The position numbers and the translations under genes were made by a program. Shown here piece after piece: positions 8,356 through 15,264 of a stretch of DNA of 32,000 nucleotides (position 1 is the stretch's first letter; every line of letters begins with the position of its first letter). This DNA is from an archaeon (GTDB lineage Archaea > Iainarchaeota > Iainarchaeia > Iainarchaeales > CSSED10-239). The notes under the pieces were generated by a model. The model did not search any database. It had not been told where the DNA came from and saw only the letters and a list, made by a program, of their open reading frames with translations. Where the stretch lies: positions 180,001 through 212,000 of the forward strand of contig DAOMZT010000001.1 in the NCBI GenBank assembly GCA_035400625.1. The letters are read 5' to 3'.

Positions 8356-8558
8356 TTTTCATCTTCTTTATTGTCCCAGACTTCCCTCATTTTTATTTTT
8401 TGTGCATTCATCATTAATTTGAAATAATCGTCTTTTGCTGATTTAGACTTCAATAAATTTGAAATTACATCATCAAATGATTGTCTAGGGTGCATTTTTA
8501 GTTTTTTTAAATCATTTACAACAGATTTTGATAATTGTATTGTGGTATATTCTGACAT
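8322..8558 (-). CDS. putative antitoxin (small, RHH-like N-terminus)
   Basis: 78 aa. TIQLSKSVVNDLKKLK...SFDDVISNLL resembles archaeal ribbon-helix-helix antitoxins. It overlaps the toxin ORF by 34 nt and has GGTGA 7 nt upstream of the ATG. Confidence 0.6.
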   Translation of the reverse strand: MSEYTTIQLSKSVVNDLKKLKMHPRQSFDDVISNLLKSKSAKDDYFKLMMNAQKIKMREVWDNKEDEKWEKLRPKSGK

Positions 8559-8586
8559 GCTATAATCACCTATAAGTAATTATAGC
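8559..8586. promoter_or_regulatory. nested palindrome (gctataat-N12-attatagc, inner ctataa/ttatag arms): candidate TA operator
   Basis: Read directly. It abuts the antitoxin ATG and overlaps its SD, the usual place for autoregulatory operators of type II TA loci. Confidence 0.5.
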
Positions 8587-8616
8587 AAGTTATATTTTTA
8601 AATAAATCTTTTATGT

Positions 8617-8682
8617 GCAAATATATTATAACCTTAGAAACAGGGGTTGTTTTCGGGAGGGTAGATGTCCAGTGCAAGATTT
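8617..8682 (+). repeat. direct repeat copy 2 (ccttagaaacaggggttgttttcgggagggtagatgtccagtgc)
   Basis: Same orientation as 7964-8030. It lies about 60 nt upstream of the antitoxin start and about 190 nt upstream of the ATPase ATG. Confidence 0.8.
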
Positions 8683-8798
8683 AAAAAACATTTATTTTTA
8701 AAACATTTTGATATTAATTTTTCTAATTAAAATATGTTAAAATCACGAACTTAAATATGATAATAAAAATGTCAAAGTAAAATAAATTAACAACATAT

Positions 8799-8853
8799 AT
8801 AAACATAAAGTAAGATATATATTTACTAATAAACATAAAGTAAGATTTACTAA
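8799..8853 (+). repeat. imperfect tandem repeat (ataaacataaagtaagat + [atata]tttacta, two units) in the ATPase promoter region
   Basis: Units at 8799-8828 and 8829-8853, ending 22 nt before the ATG at 8875. Confidence 0.7.
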
Positions 8854-8874
8854 AAAATATAAAATAAGAACAAG

Positions 8875-11181
8875 ATGAAGATTGGCAATTATACTGTTGG
8901 GGACTACATAGTAGATAATGAAGGTGGCAAGAAAAAGCTTATCTTTGATTGTAGACATTGTGTCTATAACACTTCTATTTCTGATGATCCTAGGTGTAGA
9001 TACCATGTCATGAAAACACTTGCAACAGTTGATGCTGATGAAGTTATTCTTGCAGAAGTCTATGAAAGAGTATATACTCAAAAGCAAACTTCCTTTCTTA
9101 AAGAAATGGTAGACCTGTTGCTTGATTTTGAGAACAGGGCTGTTTGGGTATCCTCTCATCTTAAAATAGAAGACATGGATTGTGATGAGTGTTATCCACA
9201 AAGGCATAATAATATTCTTAGGTTTGCTAGAGATCTTTTATCTTATGACCCTATAGCATCATATATCTCTCTTCTCAAAGAAGTAGAAAACACAAAAACT
9301 AGAGCAAATGAACAATCTGGAAGAGATTGTGAAAAATGCTTTAAAGCTAATCTTAAACATTTATTGTCTTTAAAAGAACAATATGATAAAACTGATTTTG
9401 TTAAGACATTAAAGCCGATACTTACAAAAATAAAGGACTATAATGATCTAACAGATGTTTATAAGACAGTATTTGAAGCACAAGTCAAGCCAGCTTTTAT
9501 TGGCTCTCAGCTTCTAAGAAGTGATGCAGAAAAATTTGAGTTGATAGATGAATATCAAGTGCTAACCACAAATGTTCAGATATTTAAACATCCAGAAAAG
9601 ATAGAGCTAATCTATAATATAAATCCACCAGAATATACTTTGTCACCAGACCATTATTTTGTTTTGTCAAAAACAAAAGACACTGTTGCTAATTATCAGC
9701 CAGGAAAAGTAACATTAACTTCTGGAACTGGCACAAGAAAATATTTCCAAAGAATATACCAAAGCACGATTGTTGATGTTGCTAGAAAATATGGAATTTC
9801 TTTAGCACCAGATGATGTTACTGCTCTTTCTGAAATTGTTACAAGATACACTATAGGCTATGGCATCTTGGAGATGGTATTATCTGATAGAAACATAACA
9901 GATGTCTATATTGATTCGCCAATCGGTGCCAGACCAATCTATATTGTGCATAGCAAATATGGTCAATGCCAAACAAACATACTTTATACAGATAAAGAAG
10001 CAGAATCTCTTGTTGGTAAAATGAGGGCAATGTCTGGAAGGCCTTTTGATGATGCTCACCCAATTTTAGATTATGATCTTCCAGATCTTAATACTAGAGT
10101 TGCTGCTATTGGCAGGCCACTAGCAACTGATGGCACTGCTTTTGCATTTAGATTGCATAAAGACACGCCATGGACCTTGCCACAACTGATTAATGTCAAG
10201 TCCCTAAATCCATTAGCTGCAGGAATGCTATCTTTTTTCATAGATAATAGCTCAACATTATTAGTTGCAGGTTCTCGTGGGTCTGGTAAAACATCTTTGA
10301 TGACTGCTTTAATGCAAGAGATTTTACAGAACAAAAGAATAATTGTTCAGGAAGACACTCTTGAATTACCAATAATGTACTTAAAAGACATTGGATTTAA
10401 TGCTCAAAGACTAAAAACAAAATCAGCAATTGGTTCTGATGAGGAGTCTGGCGAAGTCAAGCCAGAAGATGCATTAAGAACTGCTTTAAGACTTGGAGAC
10501 TCCGCTATCATTGTTGGAGAAGTTAGAAGTGTAGAAGCTAAGGTCTTATATGAAGCTATGAGAATTGGCGCTGCTGGTAATGTTGTTATGGGAACAATCC
10601 ATGCAGACTCTGCTTATGCTGTATGGGACAGAGTTGTTAATGACTTGGGGGTTCCAACAACTTCTTTTAAGGCTACAGATCTTGTCGTTGTAACTAAACC
10701 TATAAGATTTAAAGGTTCATTAAAGAGCCATAGAAGAGTAGTGCAAATAACAGAAGTCAAGAAACATTGGAATACCGATCCAGATGCTGAAGGTGGATTG
10801 ATTGATTTAATGACTTATGATGCAGGAAAAGATGCATTAATATTAAACGAAGATGCACTTAAAGATTCTGATCTTTTTACAAAGATTTCAACATTGTCTG
10901 GAATGTCAATTGAAGAGATATGGGATAATATCAAGCTTTTAGCTAAGGAAAAGGAATATCAGGTAGAGCTTGCTAGAGAATTAAAGTGTATGGAGTTGTT
11001 GGAGGCAGAATACACTATATCTATACACAATAAACTGCTTTTGATTAAGGAAGAGTGGATAGAAGAGTATGGCAAGATTGATTTTAATGCTATTCTTGTT
11101 GAGTGGAAGAAATGGCTAAAAGAGGATTTTGCCCCAACCATTGTAAAAAGAATAAATGAAAATAAGAAATTAGAAGAATAA
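8875..11181 (+). CDS. FlaI/VirB11/GspE-superfamily secretion or type IV filament ATPase with a long N-terminal extension
   Basis: 768 aa. Walker A GSRGSGKTS, Asp box RIIVQEDTLEL, Walker B IIVGEVRSVEA, His box GTIHADSA. About 450 aa precede the P-loop, including CRHC...C and CDEC Cys pairs. Confidence 0.85.
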   Translation: MKIGNYTVGDYIVDNEGGKKKLIFDCRHCVYNTSISDDPRCRYHVMKTLATVDADEVILAEVYERVYTQKQTSFLKEMVDLLLDFENRAVWVSSHLKIEDMDCDECYPQRHNNILRFARDLLSYDPIASYISLLKEVENTKTRANEQSGRDCEKCFKANLKHLLSLKEQYDKTDFVKTLKPILTKIKDYNDLTDVYKTVFEAQVKPAFIGSQLLRSDAEKFELIDEYQVLTTNVQIFKHPEKIELIYNINPPEYTLSPDHYFVLSKTKDTVANYQPGKVTLTSGTGTRKYFQRIYQSTIVDVARKYGISLAPDDVTALSEIVTRYTIGYGILEMVLSDRNITDVYIDSPIGARPIYIVHSKYGQCQTNILYTDKEAESLVGKMRAMSGRPFDDAHPILDYDLPDLNTRVAAIGRPLATDGTAFAFRLHKDTPWTLPQLINVKSLNPLAAGMLSFFIDNSSTLLVAGSRGSGKTSLMTALMQEILQNKRIIVQEDTLELPIMYLKDIGFNAQRLKTKSAIGSDEESGEVKPEDALRTALRLGDSAIIVGEVRSVEAKVLYEAMRIGAAGNVVMGTIHADSAYAVWDRVVNDLGVPTTSFKATDLVVVTKPIRFKGSLKSHRRVVQITEVKKHWNTDPDAEGGLIDLMTYDAGKDALILNEDALKDSDLFTKISTLSGMSIEEIWDNIKLLAKEKEYQVELARELKCMELLEAEYTISIHNKLLLIKEEWIEEYGKIDFNAILVEWKKWLKEDFAPTIVKRINENKKLEE

Positions 11182-11182
11182 A
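11145..11182 (+). repeat. 38-nt repeat copy A, the true 3' end of the ATPase gene (KRINENKKLEE-stop)
   Basis: Identical at 37 of 38 positions to 11346-11383. Confidence 0.85.
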
Positions 11183-11345
11183 TTTGTTTAATGGATTAAT
11201 TACATTTCATAGGTGTGTGCAAAACATATAAAAAGATGTCAGTTATAATTGACATGTTTTTAGAAGTGTGCAAAGTATAGTTTACATGTTTTTTGGGCGT
11301 GTTTGTTTAAAAATAACGTGATAGCAAGCAATAAATTTAGATATT

Positions 11346-11383
11346 AAAAAGAATAAATGAAAACAAGAAATTAGAAGAATAAA
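11346..11383 (+). repeat. 38-nt repeat copy B, an orphan duplicate of the ATPase 3' end
   Basis: Would encode the same KRINENKKLEE-stop. The single difference (aat to aac) is synonymous. It ends 2 nt before the stop of the convergent gene 11386-11613. Confidence 0.85.
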
Positions 11384-11385
11384 GT

Positions 11386-11613
11386 TTATTTCTTATTTGC
11401 TGTTTTGGTTCTTGCTTTTGGCTCAATTTGTATTTTGGAGAAAACAAAGATATACAATATTGGCAATATTCCGATTGTGTTTAAAACAAGCATAACTCCA
11501 AACCAAGGCATATGATCATTTTTACATGCTTTCCATAAAGCAAATCCTTTCCAAATCAAATCCCAAATTGTTAATGCAATAATAAGCCATAATAATGTGT
11601 TTTCTGAAATCAT
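11386..11613 (-). CDS. small two-TM Trp-rich membrane protein (DUF5652-like)
   Basis: 75 aa. IWDLIWKGFALWKACKN...WFGVMLVLNTIGILPILYIF resembles the DUF5652 miniprotein family as I recall it. It starts 31 nt after the stop of the 1056-aa gene, so it is probably co-transcribed. Confidence 0.55.
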   Translation of the reverse strand: MISENTLLWLIIALTIWDLIWKGFALWKACKNDHMPWFGVMLVLNTIGILPILYIFVFSKIQIEPKARTKTANKK

Positions 11614-11644
11614 AATAATATATATGAAAGAAAAATATTTAAAA

Positions 11645-14600
11645 TCAAAGTTTGTTCCTTTTTGGGTTTTTTCTCTTTTTTATAACAATCAGTATTATAG
11701 CAATTATTACTACTAATATTGAAAGATCTAAAAGCCAGAAAAGCCAAGTGTTTGATTTCTTTTTTTCTGAAGTTTCAGATTCTTGATTTTCTCCTGAAAC
11801 TGCAGTAATTACTGGAACACCTGTTGTGTCGGTTATTTTGTCTGTATTAGTATCATTGTTGGTTGTTGTGTTAGTGTCAGGAGAGTAAGTGATTGTTTTG
11901 TCTTTGTATGTTGTGTTGTTAGTATTATCTGCAGATGAACTTCCAGATGAGGAAGATTCATAATCGTCATCATCTTCTTCTGAAACCTCTTGTATTTTCA
12001 CACTTATATCTTGTCTTTTTGAACAACTTGTTTTATCTTTATCAGTAAATTTACCATCAAATTGTAATTTTATAGTTTTTGTGGTTGTTGACTCAAACAC
12101 ATCTGATACAATTTCTATTCTTAGGTATTCTGAATCTTTATTATTGATTTTTGTAGGCTCTTCTTTGATTGTAATGTCTAGGCCAGATGCTTGCGTTAAT
12201 GAAAGATTGGTTATATTAAAATTAAAACTTGAATCATTTGTTATTGCTATTGATTTTGTAACTGTGCTGTCTGAGTAGGTTGTTATTGATGTTGTTGTTA
12301 CCTTTAGATCTGAACAGCTTGCTTTTTCTTCTTCCTCTTCTTCCTCTTCCTCCTCTTCTCCGGTGCTACCACCACCTGAACCGCCACCGCCACCACCAGT
12401 GCCACCGCCTCCAGAAGTTGCAGGGGTGTATGCTGTAAAATCAGTAAAGTGCTTTGTCCAGATTACTAAGTCTCCATCTTTAGAAGTATAGCAATCTCCT
12501 GTATGATTTTTATCGTAATTTTCTGAATTTAAATCTTGTAAATAAGTATCAGGATCTGAAAGTTGGTTTTCATCACATTCATCAATTCCATATAAGTTGC
12601 CATCAAGTATATACCCTGCTCTTTTTCCTGCCATACCGCCTATTATTATTTTTACTGCTTTAGAAAAAAGTAATGTCTTGTTCTCATCAAGTCCAAGAGT
12701 GATTGTAATTTCAGATGTTCCTTTATCGCCTATATCATAATTATCTGTAACTGTTGGTAGTATTAGGTTACCATCCCAGCCATTAATGCCCATTATGTTT
12801 GTATCTGAATAGATTGTTACTGAGTGTTTTGTTGTGGTTGTTTGTCTTTCAAAGAAGAAATTACCGTCTTCTGGGACAATTACAGAATTATTGTCTGTAT
12901 CTAAAATTTCAGATAGATCAAAAATAACTTGTGAGTTGCTGTCTACAAATGATGGAATAACAACAGTGTAGCTAGAATCATCATGCTCAAAGCTAACATA
13001 GTTATTATCAACAATTCTTTGAAAGCTCCATTTGTTATTATCTAATACTAGATGGAAAGGAGTGTAAGGATTATTAGAATCATCAACTAATGAACAATTG
13101 GTATCGTCAATCATTATTATTGCGCCATTATTTGAATCAGTTGTATTAAAATCAATATAATATCCGTTTTCATCATTATGATAGATTGCTGAAAAAATAG
13201 CTCTGTTCACATCAATAGTTAGATAATAAAAATTTAAATCGTGCCCATCTACTAATGGTGTTATATTTAGGTTTGGTGGGTTTGTGTCTAGATTTAAATT
13301 TTCTGTAAAATATACCCTCACATGATTTTCATCATTATTGTTTGTATCAATATAGGAGAAAGGCAGTGCATTATCATCTATTGTTGTGTTGTTATCTAAA
13401 TAACTTGCATCAATTAGAGGAGATTTATTTCCAAGAATATCAACAAATGCATTTTCATCTATTTTAAAAGAGTCATTTACATCAGTAAATAATGCAAATG
13501 CAGGAGAAAAATAAATTGTTATTAAGTTATTATTTGCATCTACATCTAAAGAACTAACTACATCTTCTATTCCGTTAACAACAATTTTGTTTTTTGTGTT
13601 TTCATCAATGCAATCAAAATTAATATCTTCGTCATCAAAGCTTAAAATCATTTTATATCTGTTTGGGATTGTTATATTTTTTAATATTGGAGCCGTAGTA
13701 TCCCAAACAAAATTAAAATTAGAATCTTTTGAATTACCTGCACGGTCAGTGACTGTTAAAGTAATAGTGTAGTTGCCATCAGATGATGCATTGATGTCTG
13801 TAGATTCTAAATTAGGAGATAGAATGTTTACCTCATCAAGTGTGCTCCAATAATAAGTAGCTATACCAGAACCGTCATCACTTGCATTGGAATCGATATG
13901 TATTGTTTGATTGGTATAAACATCATTTAAGGAAATTGTTGGAGCTGTAGTATCCCAAATAAAATTAAAATCGGCTGATTGAGTGTTACCTGCACGATCT
14001 GTAACTGTTAAAGTAATAGTGTAGTTGCCATCAGATGATGCATTAATGTCTGTAGATTCTAAATTAGGAGATAGAATGTTTACCTCATCAAGTGTGCTCC
14101 AATAATAAGTAGCTATACCAGAACCGTCATCACTTGCATTGGAATCGATATGTATTGTTTGATTGGTATAAACAGTATTTAAGGAAATTGTTGGAGCATT
14201 AGTATCCCAAATAAAATTAAAATCTTCATATCCGGTATTACCAGCACGGTCAGTAACCGTTAAAGTGATATGATAGTTGCCATCGGCAGAAGCATTTATA
14301 TCTGTGACATTAGAATCATCATCACTAAAAGTAATATTTTCCTGAGGAGAAGCAGACCACTTATAACTTGCAATACCAGAAAGTTCATCTGTTGCAGTGG
14401 CAGTAACAGTTACAGTCTGGTTTGTGTCAATGTCTTCTATGGCAGAAATAACAGGAGCAGTAGTGTCAATTATCAATTCATATGTGGTTCCGTCATAATA
14501 AGTAGCGTCCTCAATAGTCATCATGGCATTTACATCATAATTGCCATCTGCTAATTCTAAAGCAATAAGACTCCAAGTGTTTGTATCATAATCTACAACT

Positions 14601-14815
14601 ACATTTGAATCTAAAGAAGTATAGCTTATTGAATTTATTATGATTATAAAATTTGCATCTCCTGATATGCCATTTAAATCAAATCTACCATTTGTATCTG
14701 GTGTACGGTCGTTTGTTACTAAAGGATTAACAGTTATGCTTGGTTCTGCAAAAACAAAACCTAAAATAAATATTAAAGACAAAGACAATAAAATCTTAGA
14801 AAGTGGTTTAGACAT
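11645..14815 (-). CDS. large C-terminally anchored surface protein with tandem Ig-like repeats (adhesin-like)
   Basis: 1056 aa. It has a signal peptide (LSLSLIFILGFVFA), three DTxAP...TVTDRAGN units, Asn/Asp/Thr-rich beta-rich regions, a Gly then Glu linker, a Ser/Thr/Asn stalk, then a TM helix with a basic tail (WLFWLLDLSILVVIIAIILIVIKKRKNPKRNKL). GAGGT lies upstream of the ATG. Confidence 0.8.
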   Translation of the reverse strand: MSKPLSKILLSLSLIFILGFVFAEPSITVNPLVTNDRTPDTNGRFDLNGISGDANFIIIINSISYTSLDSNVVVDYDTNTWSLIALELADGNYDVNAMMTIEDATYYDGTTYELIIDTTAPVISAIEDIDTNQTVTVTATATDELSGIASYKWSASPQENITFSDDDSNVTDINASADGNYHITLTVTDRAGNTGYEDFNFIWDTNAPTISLNTVYTNQTIHIDSNASDDGSGIATYYWSTLDEVNILSPNLESTDINASSDGNYTITLTVTDRAGNTQSADFNFIWDTTAPTISLNDVYTNQTIHIDSNASDDGSGIATYYWSTLDEVNILSPNLESTDINASSDGNYTITLTVTDRAGNSKDSNFNFVWDTTAPILKNITIPNRYKMILSFDDEDINFDCIDENTKNKIVVNGIEDVVSSLDVDANNNLITIYFSPAFALFTDVNDSFKIDENAFVDILGNKSPLIDASYLDNNTTIDDNALPFSYIDTNNNDENHVRVYFTENLNLDTNPPNLNITPLVDGHDLNFYYLTIDVNRAIFSAIYHNDENGYYIDFNTTDSNNGAIIMIDDTNCSLVDDSNNPYTPFHLVLDNNKWSFQRIVDNNYVSFEHDDSSYTVVIPSFVDSNSQVIFDLSEILDTDNNSVIVPEDGNFFFERQTTTTKHSVTIYSDTNIMGINGWDGNLILPTVTDNYDIGDKGTSEITITLGLDENKTLLFSKAVKIIIGGMAGKRAGYILDGNLYGIDECDENQLSDPDTYLQDLNSENYDKNHTGDCYTSKDGDLVIWTKHFTDFTAYTPATSGGGGTGGGGGGSGGGSTGEEEEEEEEEEEKASCSDLKVTTTSITTYSDSTVTKSIAITNDSSFNFNITNLSLTQASGLDITIKEEPTKINNKDSEYLRIEIVSDVFESTTTKTIKLQFDGKFTDKDKTSCSKRQDISVKIQEVSEEDDDDYESSSSGSSSADNTNNTTYKDKTITYSPDTNTTTNNDTNTDKITDTTGVPVITAVSGENQESETSEKKKSNTWLFWLLDLSILVVIIAIILIVIKKRKNPKRNKL
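12323..12415 (-). repeat. low-complexity linker coding SGGGGTGGGGGGSGGGSTG followed by 12 consecutive Glu
   Basis: Read from the translation (aa 801-831). On the plus strand it appears as ttc/ctc runs followed by a cca/ccg-rich run. Confidence 0.9.
13703..14467 (-). repeat. three tandem Ig-like domain repeats; the last two (13955-14206, 13703-13954) are near-identical 252-nt units
   Basis: aa 117-203, 204-287 and 288-371. Units 2 and 3 are identical through the central roughly 70 aa and differ only near the unit ends. Confidence 0.9.
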
Positions 14816-15019
14816 TATTAATTACCTCTAGTGTATTATCAGATATGTAAAATATATTATTTATTTAATATTATATGGCTGTTTATTTTATATATTTAAT
14901 TATTTTATGAAAAATAAAAAGAAAAAATAAATGACGATTTATGTCTATTATAATAGACAGATTTCAAGAAATAGTAAAATGAAGTTTGTGTTTTTTGGGT
15001 AGCAATATTGGTCAGCTTG

Positions 15020-15062
15020 TTGAACAAAAAGAGGCTATTTTGTTCAATGTATTGAACAAAAA
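15020..15062. promoter_or_regulatory. three alternating copies of TTGAACAAAA / TTTTGTTCAA able to form two mutually exclusive 10-bp hairpins
   Basis: ttgaacaaaaa (15020-15030), ttttgttcaa (15038-15047), ttgaacaaaaa (15052-15062). Located about 205 nt upstream of the 1056-aa gene ATG and about 200 nt downstream of the S-layer gene stop. Confidence 0.4.
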
Positions 15063-15204
15063 TAAAAGTAGTCTTTGTGGGATAAAAACAAAAATAAAAG
15101 ATTTTGGACATAAAAGTATAATACTTTATACTCCAAAATAATCACTATTTTTACAAAAATAAAGTTATCATTTAGTCTGATAGCAAGCAAGAAATTTCGA
15201 AATT

Positions 15205-15254
15205 AAAAAGAAAAAGAAAAAAATTGTAAAAGGGTATTTGCCCTTTACAATTTT
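15205..15254 (-). terminator. hairpin plus oligo-T terminator of the S-layer-like gene
   Basis: Minus sense reads aaattgtaaaggg-caaata-cccttttacaattt followed by ttttttctttttcttttt. It begins about 11 nt after the stop at 15265. Confidence 0.6.
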
Positions 15255-15264
15255 GGTTTTAGAC

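Noticed and set aside
7964-8682. CRISPR array, tRNA fragment or G-quadruplex as explanations for the G-rich repeats
   Set aside because: There are only two copies, 653 nt apart, enclosing genes, and no cas genes, so this is not a CRISPR array. I could find no cloverleaf arms or T-loop (GTTCRA) motif. Copy 2 has only three runs of three or more G, so a conserved four-tract G4 is not supported.
8743-9207. 154-aa minus-strand ORF overlapping the ATPase start and its promoter repeats
   Set aside because: It is a low-complexity Leu/Ile/Tyr/Phe product of AT-rich DNA, and half of it is antisense to the well-supported ATPase N-terminus. It has no SD or promoter logic.
13703-14206. Diversity-generating retroelement (template/variable repeat) explanation for the near-identical 252-nt units
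   Set aside because: There is no reverse transcriptase in the window. The two units differ only at their ends rather than at scattered adenine-templated positions. Both copies are in frame within one gene, which indicates plain tandem domain duplication.
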